From NCBI GenBank assembly GCA_951406725.2, contig OX597819.1:72540001-72604000 (forward strand): 64,000 bases of DNA, read 5' to 3'. This stretch comes from Octopus vulgaris. Taxonomy: Eukaryota. Shown one piece after another: positions 1 through 12,078 of the stretch (the first letter of the stretch is position 1; every line of letters starts with the position of its first letter). The notes under the pieces are model-generated. The model saw only the letters and a list, made by a program, of their open reading frames with translations, made no database searches and was not told where the DNA came from. The position numbers and the translations under genes are program-made.

Positions 1-452
1 TCAGTTGTAAATGAGTGATAAAATGACAACCCATTCAAAGGGAAATGTTCTGACCCGGGTCACTTACATGCAATGGAAACTGTGTAACGAGACTGAAATG
101 TCTAGGAGAGATGGTGATGGTGGTGATAATGATGACGATGGTGCTAGTGGTTAGGGTATTTGGTCTGACTACCTGGTCCAAGAATGTAACCCATGACCTT
201 GCCATCATGAATGCATCACCCTGATCACTAGACCATGTACTTTTATGCAAAAATCCGAAAAACCTCGTAAATATTCTATACAAGGGAAGTTGTGAGCTTT
301 CTTTTTCAATCCTTATAAGTTCGATTCTTGACTAGGTTGATACGTCCGCCTTGGTATTGCCAAATACTGTCAATACTTCCATATTCATTTTACGTTCATA
401 ATCCGAAAGACTACCTTGACTTGTCCAACACCTCGGCAAAGAAAGAAAACTA

Positions 453-1092
453 GGTGCTACTTTGGCGTGTGATCTACAACTTAAATGGCGAATACTTTAA
501 GTTAGTTTTTAGTTTACGTTTCAAATTCTAAAAACTCTTAAGATGTTCTTGCGTTTCCTGCAGATATTCGCTCAATTCATCGATAAAATTATTCAAATTT
601 GTATTTCATCTTTATTATTAAATTACTGTTCAATTTTATAATAAATTCTTTTGTACATACTCAGCATTGTAAATGCACTTTTCAAAATTATTATTATTTT
701 CATAATAATAATGAATCCATGTTTTATTTAAGTCTAAGAAAATAATGATAAGAAACCAAGAAAAAAAAATAACAATAATTAAGATAAACGCGTAAATCAT
801 ACGAATTTAGTAGCCGCGAGTTTCGCAACTTAAAATTGGCAAAATGTCACCGTTTTTCCGTTTTCTTCGAGCTTCCTTCATTTCTCTACCATTACCATGA
901 CAAGGTGCAACATTTGCTTCATCATCGAAAAGGCCATTTCTTCGTAAAATTGCAACTGCTTTCGTCTCGTCGCTGATCAAATTGTAAAATCTTTAAACAA
1001 CATCGTAAGTGTTTTTAGAAATTGAAAATAAACAAAAAAGTAACCCAAAGTAATCTCCCTTTAAATTGTAGATCACACGCCAAAGTAGCACC
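453..1092. mobile_element. Non-autonomous DNA transposon (MITE) with ~95 bp imperfect terminal inverted repeats; superfamily uncertain (GG-start, possibly Merlin-like)
   Basis: GGTGCTACTTTGGCGTGTGATCTACAA at 453 is the exact reverse complement of the sequence ending at 1092. Inverted similarity continues ~70 bp further inward. AT-rich non-coding interior; no clear TSD. Confidence 0.8.
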
Positions 1093-1107
1093 AAATAAGG
1101 AATATAA

Positions 1108-1207
1108 GGCAAGGAGCTGGCAGACTCGTTATCACGCCGAGCCAAATGCTTAGCGGCATTTCATCCGTCTTTACGTTTTGAGTTCAAATTCCGCCGAGGG
1201 CGACTTT
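1108..1207 (+). mobile_element. 5' part of a tRNA-derived SINE (Nin/Deu-domain family), truncated or interrupted at 1207
   Basis: GAGCTGGCAGA...AAATGCTTAGCGGCATTTC...GAGTTCAAATTCCGCCGAGG; the same head recurs many times in the window. Confidence 0.75.
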
Positions 1208-1414
1208 GACGAATGTTACTGTAATTTAGCCCCAGGAAAACATCGTCCCCAACTGGCTATACGACACGATCAGTGTCCTTAGGACGAATGTTGCTGTAAT
1301 TTAGCCATGTTATGCCGGAAAATAATCTTTACTCTAAAATACTGTTGCTGAATATCTCTTGTTGAGAGATTTACAAATAGTAATTTTCCAATAAAAAAGT
1401 TATCAAAGAGAAAG

Positions 1415-1770
1415 GTGGGATGTGCGACCTAAGTTTGGAACTGGTTCCAAGTTCAGTCCCACTGCATGGCACTTTGCACAAGTGTCTCCTACTATAGTTG
1501 TGGGCCGATCAAAGACTCGACAGTGGATTTGGCAGACGGAAACTGAAAGAATACCGTGTGTATGTGTGTGTGTGTTTCCGTCTGTGTTTGTCCCCCACAA
1601 TCGCTTGACAATCGGCGTTGATGTGGTTACATCCTCATAACATAGCGGTTAGGCAAACGAGATTGATAGAAAAAGTTTAGTTTTTAAAAAATAAAAGGAT
1701 TAGTGTCGATTCATTTGACTAAAAATTCTTAAAGACTGTGCTCCAGTACGACCGCAATCTGAAAACTGTT
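1415..1770 (+). mobile_element. tRNA-derived SINE, second family (CORE-like, internal GT microsatellite)
   Basis: B-box-like AGTTCAGTCCC, GGCACTTTGCACAAGTGTC, GGATTTGGCAGACGGAAACTGAAAGA; matches copies at 30453, 31085, 54858 and 61118. Confidence 0.75.
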
Positions 1771-2083
1771 AAGGGGAAATAAATGCTACATTCTGCTTTG
1801 AAGAGTTATTTCCCTTTATTTTCTTTTTTTTACGATGTTTTAGTGCATGGCTTCATATTTTGTTGGAAGCTATACATACCCGATTAAATCGACCCAGTAC
1901 TTTACTGGGTCCAACTAAAGCGTTTCACCCGAGCCAAAACTAAATAATAGTGTAATAGGTGTACAACATGTAGTAAACGAATATGAAAAAAAATGCGCAC
2001 TGACGAACGTGGGGTGTATATGCATACACATACATATGTCTGTGATTTGCATATAATATAATAGAGAGTGGGCTAGAAATAAT

Positions 2084-2119
<36 letters not shown>

Positions 2120-3083
2120 CACACACACATACATACATATATACATACATACATACATACATACATACATACACACATGCTTGCATGCATGCATATATGG
2201 ATGGATAGATGGATGAATGTATAGGTGGGTGGGTGTGCGCGCGCGCGTGTATACACATATATATGTGTATATATACATATATATATGTGTATATATTTAT
2301 TGGTGTTAAATGGATGTACTATTAAATTAGTATACAACTTTCTCACCCTCATTAGTTGATTGTAACTATGCTACATAAAATTTTGGATGTAGTATCTGTT
2401 TCCGTGAGTTTTGGCGGGCCATGCATGACAGGGGCACTTAAACTATAGCAGCGAATGCAATTGGCTGGACCACACGTGCGTTTATCGTGATGGTAAAGTT
2501 TAGCGTGCGATCAAGTAAATTGTATTCTGAATGGGTTCGGCCGATGAGCTACAAATAAAAGTATATTATGTGAGTAAAATTACATAATTTATTAATTTAT
2601 TAATAGCGAAACAATTGTCCCGAACTAATTTGAATTTTTGTTATGTTTATTTGCCCTGTTTGCGCCAGTAGTTGTGCTAATATTAATCGGAAACATTTTT
2701 TATGTGGTTAAAGCCCAGCAGATCTATTTTTAGTGCTAGAGTAGACCACATGGTGGTTGCTCTCTTATATTTATGTATAAAATGTATCGAAATCCGGGTT
2801 TTATATGCACTAAGCCACTTGGTGTTAAATGGATGTACTATTAAATTAGTATACAACTTTCTCACCCTCATTAGTTGATTGTATATATATATATATACAA
2901 AATGCGTTTCTCTTTCAACAAGATATTGGCTTGCAAGTCAATAAGCTCCAGTTGTAGTTTAGTTAGCATGTTATCAAGGTAACAGCCAAAGGGATTCTCA
3001 AACAAAAGAATTTCATTCTTATTTCTGTCAAGCTTTGAAGATCTTTGAGATAAATGTTCATTTAAGACCCGAATAATTTTTTT

Positions 3084-4020
3084 CTACTGCTCGAGGTTAA
3101 CATGTTCCACATTTTTTGTGCAAAACTCTTGAAAACACTGAAAATGAGAGAAGTTTTCTCCTTCAAGTTGAGCTTCAAAAAATGATAGCTTACCCCGAAA
3201 AGCTGTATTAATTCTGTAGAGATCATAGACAAGGTTATTCTTTCCTTGTAGTTTAAAATTCAATTCATTCGTATGAGAAGTGACGTCAACTAAAAATGAC
3301 AACTTTGATAACCATGAAGGCTCTGACAGCTGTGAATCAGCTCTATTCTTTCTGATGAGAAAAAGATCTATTTCTCTTCGGAGCTTATAAAAACGAAACA
3401 GGACTTTACCGCAACTGAGCCATCTCACTCCCGTGTAGTAAGGCAAGTCACAGAAATTAGAATCCAGTTCTTCAAGGAAAGTCAGGAATTGTCGGTGATT
3501 AAGCCCATGATTCCGAATAAAGTTCATCACAGTTGTAACCGGTTTTAGTACACAAGAAATATCAGTGTTTTCCACAGAGTGCTTGCTGATGTATAATGCA
3601 GTGTATAAACAGATCTTTCGGAAGTTGAAACTCCTCCAACTTGGTCTGGATCCGCCCTTCCAAACCCTTCCTTACACCTGCCATGTTTTTTCCTCCATCG
3701 ACTGTAAAACACCAAAGGTTATAGTTTTGCAAAGTTTTCTGCATCTCTATGAAAATATCTTCTCCAGTTGTTGTTCCATACATACTGCAAACGGATGCCA
3801 TTTCTTCTATAATCTATAAGTTGCAATTAACACCACGAATGAACACAAAAAGTTGTGACATACTAGAGAGATCAGTAGACTCGCCCATCGCAAGAGAATA
3901 CCACAAAAATTTCTTAGCTTTCTCATGTATCTGTAACTGTATATTCTCTCCAAGTTCTTCTATTCTCCGCACAACTGAACTTGCTGAAAGGATGATACAG
4001 CCAAACATGTTAGCTTTTTC
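3084..4020 (-). pseudogene. Frameshifted hAT transposase remnant (Buster/SPIN/Charlie group, GTF2IRD2/EPM2AIP1-like)
   Basis: Three consecutive minus-strand ORFs carry hAT motifs: YSLAMGESTD..QLFVFIRGV, TTGEDIF..VDGGKNM..HCIIHQQALC, NFIRNHGLNHRQF..VRWLSCG..LSFLVD..LNFKLQG. Confidence 0.9.
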
Positions 4021-4261
4021 TCACGCAAAACACAGTTTACTTTGAACATTTTTGAGAAAATTTGACATTTTAGAAGTTATTTCATGTTAAAGTTGTCGTA
4101 TTTGGGTAATTTCAACCAATCAATGACGTGTATTCAGTTGAAGAAAGCCACTATGTGTGCTCCACCGACTTCGTTTCCAAAAACTTTCTGGAAAAAAGTT
4201 TTTTTTAATGAAATTTTGCAGCGATACGTTTACGAGGATGTAGATGACAATTATGAACTTT

Positions 4262-4442
4262 TACTAGTTCGTTTCAGTCAGTAGACTGTGGCCATGCTGG
4301 GGCACCGCCTTGAAAAATTTCGGTCTTTTTCTATCGATATCTTTTGGTAATTATTGTATCGATATCTTTTGCGAAACCGCTAGATTACAGGGTCGTAAAC
4401 ACACCAACACCGGGTGTCCAGCTGTGGGGCTATAAACAAGGA

Positions 4443-4475
<33 letters not shown>

Positions 4476-4640
4476 GACAGGCTTCTTTCAATTTCTGTCA
4501 ACCAAATCCACTCACAAGGCTTTGGTCCATCCGGGTGCTATAGTAGAAAACATTTGTGCAAAGTGTCACACAGTGGGACTGAACCTGGAACCATGGGGTT
4601 AGGAAGTAAACTTCTTACCACACAGTCACTCCTGCGTACA
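4262..4640 (-). mobile_element. CORE-like tRNA SINE copy
   Basis: Reverse complement of the family at 61118-61512, with an internal (CA)n tract. Confidence 0.75.
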
Positions 4641-4654
4641 TGATGATAAAATTT

Positions 4655-5160
4655 ACCAAAAAAATTCTTTAAGGCATTTCAAGAGAATACCCTCCATCAG
4701 GCATTTGCCATATTCTGAACGCCTTACTTCCCTGGGCATGGATACATTGAAACTCCGACGTCTGGCAGCTGACTTGGCAAACACCCATAAAATTATTAAC
4801 CATCTTACAAACAATAACTCTGAGCACCTTTTCAAACTCCATCTGTCTAACACCCGTGGACATGTTTACAAAGTCAGAAAACATTTTTTAATGCTAAGAG
4901 TTGCTAAAACATGGAACAAACTGCCGACATCAGTTGTTAGTTGTCGGAGCACTGCATCCTTCAAAACTTCCATGCTTCATGAGATTCGCCAACACTACAC
5001 CTGAGTTTCTCCCCTCCATACACACGCAAGCATGTATCTGACTCATACACTGTTCACTTTCCAGACATTTGTACATTACAGCATATACTTTATACGCACT
5101 TTTGACAAGTTGTGGTGCACCTGAGCACTGTATACAATAATTTCATTCATTATTATTATA
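4655..5160 (+). mobile_element. 3' end of a CR1-clade LINE (5'-truncated)
   Basis: ORF 4705-5004, YSERLTSLG..LRRLAADL..TRGH..RVAKTWNKLP, is the typical CR1 ORF2 C-terminus. Followed by a 3' UTR and short (ATT)n tail. Confidence 0.85.
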
Positions 5161-5423
5161 AATTGCTTTTCCCCACTCACCCCGATTTTATTGACTCTAA
5201 TTTCCGTAACTTAACCAATTTTCACCTTTTTTTTTTCAGATTATATATTTGAAGCATTACTATTACATAATCTACCCTCAGGAAAGCATATTTCTTCAAA
5301 TATGTTTTTCAAAAAGTTATGAAGAAACGAGTAGGAGAACCACTCTGTAAATAATCCTAATGTTTATGTGAAGCCGCTAATAACTTTGATTTAACTTTCA
5401 AGTCATAACAGGTGCCACCCTAC

Positions 5424-5549
5424 TACGTCATCGTATCTCGTTTATTCTCCTCTATAAATATAACTTCAAACTCATCAATTTCTTTCTTTTACTTAATGAA
5501 AAGAAGAATTTTCATTCATTTGTCTTGTCTAAACTGATCACTACACGTG
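5424..5549 (+). promoter_or_regulatory. Candidate POLR1C promoter motifs: TACGTCA (CRE-like), TATAAATA at 5453, CACGTG E-box at 5544
   Basis: Motifs lie 200-330 bp upstream of the ATG in non-repeat sequence. Short motifs only; TSS unknown. Confidence 0.3.
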
Positions 5550-5756
5550 GTCCGAATTAATTATACTAACGTTATGTAAATAAAATAGTTTTTCCTTTCA
5601 TTTTTTTATATTAGCATCAATTACATTTAAGAATGTTCAAATAAAATATATTTCATTAATAATAACGTTTTAATTTAATATCAATTCTAATCTGAAGTAA
5701 AATTATTGTTATTACTTCAAGTACGAAAATATGTCTTGTGTTACTTTCACATAAAC

Positions 5757-6393
5757 ATGGCGGGCGTGATAGAAGATATCCGCACGCGGCTCACATTGAA
5801 GGAGTATGCAGTTGATAATACGCACAGTACTAACTTCCCTGGATCATATGCAGGTTATGATGACGCTCTGAATTTGAGAAACTTCAAAAAAAACTTTAAA
5901 GTTGACATAATTCGTCTTTGCGATGAATTTTTGGAGTTCGATATGGTTGGTATTGATGCTGCTATCGTGAACGCATTCCGACGTATCTTGATCTCCGAGG
6001 TCCCTACGATGGCTATTGAGAAAGTCTTCGTTAACAATAATACTTCTATCATACAAGACGAGGTACTAGCTCACAGACTTGGTCTGATCCCGATATATGC
6101 AGACCCCCGACTCTTCGAGTACGTAAGTGAAGGAGATATGAACGGAACTCCCAGCGATACCATAGTGTTCGAATTGAAGATAAAATGTAGTAAAAATCCC
6201 AACGCTGACACGACAGACCCCGATGATTTATATATAAACCATAAAGTTTACAGTCGACATATGAAGTGGATCCCTATAGGCAATCAAGCTGATCTGTTTA
6301 AAGAAGGAGACATACGTCCTGTTGATGACGATATTCTCATTGCTAAACTTCGACCCGGTCAGAAACTCGACTTACGAATGCATTGCATCAAAG
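5757..6393 (+). CDS. POLR1C: DNA-directed RNA polymerases I and III subunit RPAC1 (AC40), coding exon 1
   Basis: AACATGG start. Translation [78 protein letters not shown]. Donor G|GTGAGT at 6393/6394, phase 1. Confidence 0.97.
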
Positions 6394-7969
6394 GTGAGTA
6401 GTATTCTTTCCCAATAATTCTTAAAATTTCCACTGGAAAGCGGTCTAGCGCCAACTTTCGTTGCTAACAGAGTTAATAATGTCCTGAATTTATTCCACAA
6501 CTTTTACAGCAAACAAACCCTGTCGTCCTGAGATCACGAAAATAATAAACTATCATATATTTTATACTAACTGCACGATACGGGAACTTCATTTCAATGC
6601 CTATTTCCTCTACTATTTCTATGTATGTAATACATTTAAACCCTAGTCTTCTCTCAACTTACAAGAGACTTCCTCTCTTATTGTTTAGCCTCTGTACATC
6701 GGAGAGTCCGTGAGTCTTCCCAGATTGTAGACGATCCTTTTGGTCTCTTATCAGAGGTCTTTACTCTTTTAAACTTTTCTTTGTAAACTTTTCAGAATCC
6801 TTTCCGTCATATTTCAACCATGTTAATTTCAACACACACAGATACATGCCAAATGCAAACAATACCTTCAGCTGCTTCGAGCCAAGAAAGCCATATGCCC
6901 TAACAATAACTCCTTTTACTTTCAAAACAATGCCCTATACCTACCCCTATCCTCGCCAACATCTTCAATCTCACTTTCAGCATGACTATATCTCGATCTT
7001 TGGAAAACCATGTCCCATTCCAAGAAGAAAGCTACTATTCTTTCACATTCGATTCCAGTATTTGAAAAGATGATGGTGACGAGCATAGACCAACTTTACC
7101 CAGCACCATGAATTGCTCTCCTTCTTTAATGATCCCCTTTTTGCTGTTTTTTTTTGTAAATCCAAACCACCTGTAGGTAAATAATTATCGTCATCATTAT
7201 CTAAAGTCCCACTTCCATGCCGACAGTGGTTAGATGGTTTGACAGAATCCAGTGAGCTGAAAGACTGTTCATCCTCAATGTCTCCTTTGGTGTGGTTTCT
7301 GTGGTTGGATGCCCTTCTTTAATGCCAACCACTTTACAGAATGTAGTGAGTGCTTTTTCATGCCATTGCACTAGTGACCGTTGCCAAGTAACTCACATAG
7401 CAAAGAAAAAAACCTTAACTGAATGGGACTGAAGTAGAGGGGGAGGTAGCTTTACACCAGGTGTCAAGAAGGGACAGGCACAGGTGTCTTGCTAGAGAGG
7501 AGATAACATGACTATCCACATTGCATAAGAGTAGGTGAGGGAAGCTGGCAAGAAGAAAAATGATAGTGATGATGCGATGTCAGAGTGAACTGTCAAGGCA
7601 CAAGAAAATGAGAATAAGAAAGAGGACAGACTGAATTGAGAAGCTTGGGGGAATAAATTCATAATGGTGTGAGGAGAGTGTCAGAGATGTGGGTGGAGAT
7701 GAATGAAATAAGGGTGGAGGTATTGTTGTTGGATGGAAAACAGAAACTAGATGGTGATGATGATCAAAGAATTGGAATGGCTCAGGAAGGAGGAGTTGAT
7801 AAGGGGCCTTACAGTAAGGGAGGAGAGCAGCAGTGAAACAAAGCTGTGGATAGATCAGAAAAGAGGGAGATGATATGTGGAGAGGGGAGAGGCAAAACAG
7901 AAAGTGGTGGACATTAGAGATATGTAGGGGTGGTTTTAGTGAGTGGATGGGGCGGGGACATAATATCAT

Positions 7970-9320
7970 TTAACATCTGCTTTCCATGCTGGCATGGGTT
8001 GGACAGTTTGACTGAAAACTGGTAAGTGGGAGAACTGCACCAGGTTCCAATCTGAATTGGTAAAGTTTCTACAGCTGGGTGCTCTTCCTAACACCAACCA
8101 CTCCAAGAGTGTAGTGGGTGTTTTTTACGTGCTACTGGCATGGGTGCCATTGACCTGACACCAGCATTAGCCACAACTATGGCCTCACTTGGCTTGAAAG
8201 ATCTACACAAGCACGGTTTATCGCCAAAGGTCTTGGTCACCTGTCACTGTCTCCATGAGGCCCAACACTCAAATTGTGCTTAATGTGCACCAGCATGGGT
8301 GCCGGTCAGACAGCACCGGCGTCAACCACGACTACAATTTCACTAAGCTCAACAGATCTTCTCAAGCACCACATATCACCCAACGTTTGAATGGTGCTTT
8401 TAACAGGCCAGTTATGCAACACTAGCATCAGCCATGACTACAATTTCACTTGACTTGATGGGTCTTCTCAAGCACAGCATATCGCCAAAGGTCTCAGTTG
8501 CTTGTCATTGCCTCTGTGAGACCCAACATTCAGAGATCACTTGGTCCCATGTCTTCAAGGGTCTACCTCTTCCACAGGTTCCCGCCATCATTAGAGTGAC
8601 ACTTCATCACACAGCTGTCCCCATCCATGCACATCACATGATCATACCAGCAAAATCGTCTCTCTTGCACACCACATCTGATGCCTCTTGTACCCAACTT
8701 TTCTCTCAGGACACTTACACTTTGTTATGCATGCACACTGACATTACACATCCAGCGAAGCATCCTAGCTTCATATCTTACAAGCCTATGCATGTCCTTG
8801 GCAGTCACAGCCCATGTTTCACTGCCATGTAGCATGGCTATTCATTCACAGGCATCATACAGTCTGCTTTTCACTCTGAGTGAGAGGCCCTTTGTTACCA
8901 GCAGTGGTAGAAGCACTCTGAACTTTGCCCAGCCTATTCGTATTCTAGCAGCTATGCTCTTGGAGCATCCACCCCAACTACTAACCTAGTCACCTAGGTA
9001 ACAGAAGCTATCAACTACTTCTAGTTTTTTCCCCTGGCACATGATGGAATCTATTTTCTGTACATTTTTAGCGTTAATTGTACCTCTGCACCTTTCACAC
9101 ACAAACACTGTTTTCTCTGTTAACCTCCTCTGGTATTGCTGCACCTCAGATGTGTCCATATCTTATGCCAGGTACATCTTATGGAGTTTTCTACCTACAC
9201 CTTTTCTACAGATGGAGCAGGACCATCTATCTAAAGGGATTTGTGATTTGTCTGCCTTCCTACTTCCTAAGACTTCGGTTTTTGCTAGGTTAACTCTAAG
9301 GCCCTTCGATTCCAGACAAA
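7970..9320 (-). mobile_element. 5'-truncated RTE-clade LINE within the POLR1C intron
   Basis: Homologous to 13434-14870 (RT C-terminus HGSETWAV, 3' UTR, TTAACATCTGCTTTCCATGCTGGCATGGGTTGG tail). Confidence 0.85.
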
Positions 9321-10315
9321 GATGGAAAGACTAGTGACAGCAAATATATCAGGGTGCTCTCACTCTCAAGATTTTTTATGAAAGTAATGTTGTTGCCTTC
9401 AACATCAGTTAAACTTGTAGCCATGTCCGGCTTGAGAATTTGTCAAAACTACTCACCTAGGGTCTCCGTCTGCTGCCTGAATCAGTGACTCTCTATCAGG
9501 TTGCACTACCATATACTAATGGTACTCTCTCAGACATAAACTCTATCAAGTCTTGTGTGCTCTGAGATTTAGTTTTGTCCTCCACAACCTCCTTCCTATT
9601 CGTCAACACCTGTCATTCCTCCCAAACCTTCACCACCTAAGTATCATCCACTTGTATGGATTTGGAATGAGGTGCCTAACTCATTGTACAGAGACCTTGA
9701 GAACATCCTCCAATGGAACCGTGTCAATCTTGCCTCCTTCAGCAGCTCAACGACACAATTATTACAGATATTAGGAAAATGTTATCAGGTAAGAAGACTA
9801 CGTTAGTCACTGTATTAGACTCTGATCTCTCAGCTGAGAGATTCTTGTCTTGTGTACTTGTGGGTGCTGGTGTCAGGTAGAAAATGGCATCCAGCTGTAG
9901 AAGCCATGCCAAAGCAGACAAATGGAGCCTAGTGCATCCCTCTGGCTTTCCAGCTCTTGTCAAACCTTCCAACCTATGCCAGCATGGAAAATGGACGTTA
10001 AATGTTGTTGATGATGGTGATGATGATTCATTGCAACACAAGAATTAAGGATGGCATATTCTTGGAAATGTTTATAGATGGATTCATGGGTTCTCACTAG
10101 CATGAGTGCTTTTTTATGTGGTACCAGCAATGACTATTAATGACTGAAAATAGTCATGGTGGCCGCCTGCCTGCATGCTAAAATCTCATCTGCCAATTGT
10201 GTCCTTCCTTGCAGTACCCTCTCATATAGCTTAAACACTTCCGTGCTCGCGAGCGTAAAAGCCATATCGGCAAAATTAACAATTATTTATAAGATATATA
10301 AAAATATATGTATGT

Positions 10316-10541
10316 ACAATTATAAATAAGGGCAAAAGAAAAAAATTCTCTGCCAATATGCTGCAAAATAGGCTTTAAATCGTCAATCACTACATACAGT
10401 ATACATCACTATAAATAGTCCTCGATTTAAAACAATGTGTATTTATAGTGATGTATATTGTATGTGGTGATTGATGATTTAAAGTCTATTTCACAGCATA
10501 GTGGCAGAGAAATTTTTTCTTTTGCCCTTATTTATAATTGT
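10316..10541. repeat. Long imperfect palindrome, ~102 bp arms and ~22 bp spacer
   Basis: ACAATTATAAATAAGGGCAAAAGAAAAAA...CATCACTATAAATA is mirrored by TATTTATAGTGATG...TTTTTTCTTTTGCCCTTATTTATAATTGT. Confidence 0.9.
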
Positions 10542-10954
10542 TTATGATATTCACCTTAAAAGGTATTTTAATATGCTGGCCACTTGAATTTTTTTCTGAA
10601 AAAAATTTTATCCTATATTAGAAATAAAAATATATTTATATATATTAGGGTACCACATAGGCACCTATTTTGCCAAAACCTGAAATCAAGATATTTCTAA
10701 TCCACAGAAGAGTTACCAAATTAATACAGGCATGATAGGAAAAAGATTTTGTTTCATTTCATCAAATGGCTGTGAGGGTCGAGTAAAGTAAAATAAGAAC
10801 CAAAGGGGTCCATAGATGAAAAATGGTTGGTTTTAAGTCAGTCACTCAGATGTCTCAACACATTTTGAGACTAATTTGAGTTGTCGCCCTTGCCTTTGAT
10901 TTAGTCAAGCTTTGTTAACCCTCTTCAATACAGCTATAATTTTTGTTTTTTTTT

Positions 10955-11140
10955 TTACTACTCTAGGCACAAGGCCCGAAATTTTTGGGGTGGGGGCCAG
11001 TCGATTAGATCGACACCTAGTATGCAACTGGCGCTTAATTTGTCGACCTCAGCAGAATTTGAACTGAGAACATAAAGACAGATGAAATACTGCTAAGCAT
11101 TTCACCCGGCATGCTAACATTTCTGCCAGCTCACTGCCTT
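10955..11140 (-). mobile_element. Nin/Deu-domain SINE copy
   Basis: GAATTTGAACTGAGAACATAAAGACAGATGAAATACTGCTAAGCATTT...TTCTGCCAGCTC is the reverse complement of the family head. Confidence 0.7.
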
Positions 11141-11404
11141 AATACAGCTATAATCTATAATCATGCTAGGTACATTGAATACATTAGCCTTCTGTCATTA
11201 AAATCTTGACACCTGGAAATAGATGGAAAATGAATTTAAGTCCTTGATTTTTTACCTGTCTAAAATAGGTGTTCTTAGATCTAATTATTTTAGTTTCTGC
11301 ACACAAAGTCTCTTGCTGGACAAGCACGACTCCAAAATTGTTAAAAAGGCAGTATTTTAAAATCCAATGGCAATGTTTGGTTTCGTTTCTGGTCATCCCC
11401 TGCC

Positions 11405-11636
11405 CCAAACATGGCCGATGCCAGTACTGCCTGACTGGCTCCTGTGCCGGTGACATGTAAAAAGCACCCACTACACTCTCAGAGTGGTTAGCATTAGGAA
11501 GGACATCCAGCTGTAGAAACACTGCCAGATCAGATTGGAGCCTGGTGCCACTCCTGGCTTGCCAGTCTCCAGTTAAACCATCCAACCCATGCTGGCATGG
11601 AAAGCGGACATTAAATGATGATGATGATGATGATGA
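11405..11636 (+). mobile_element. Short RTE 3' end with (GAT)n tail
   Basis: CCAACCCATGCTGGCATGGAAAGCGGACATTAAATGATGATG. Similar short copies near 9870, 17930, 35670, 43320, 48420, 51355, 57590, 62340, 62960 and 63690. Confidence 0.8.
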
Positions 11637-12078
11637 AAGTGGCATCAAATCCAAGAAGAGACATTCTCTTCTTCAAAACGATGCATGTGTATGTGTGTAT
11701 ACACGCGCACATACACAAGCAACTGAGACCTTTGGCAATATGTATACACACGCACACACACATTTTCATTTTCTTTCTACTAAATCCATTCGCACGATTT
11801 TTGTCAGTCCAGACGTATGGTAGAAGACACTTGATCAAGGTGCTGCACAGTGGGACCGAACCCCAAGCTGCATGGTTTAGAAGCAAACTTATTAACTTCA
11901 CAACCATACCAACAACTGACATAAAATACAGATTGACAAAATCTGGCAATTTTGAACCAAAAAAAGTCCTGCTGGAATTTTCTGACATTTCCAATTGTTA
12001 GTTGTCAAAGCCCCTACCTTAGATTCCATATCTACATCTTCAATATTTCATCTTCTCTCCTTTTTTTTTTTTTTTAAG

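Noticed and set aside
1205-1250. SECIS-like hairpin (TGACG..TAA..)
   Set aside because: No GA on the 3' side for the non-Watson-Crick quartet, and no upstream selenoprotein ORF.
3084-3575. Host GTF2IRD2/EPM2AIP1 gene
   Set aside because: Frameshifts, stops and truncation indicate a dead hAT transposase rather than a domesticated gene.
5706-5756. N-terminal extension of the POLR1C ORF from TTG at 5706
   Set aside because: Artefact of alternative start codons; the ATG at 5757 has good context and aligns with orthologue starts.
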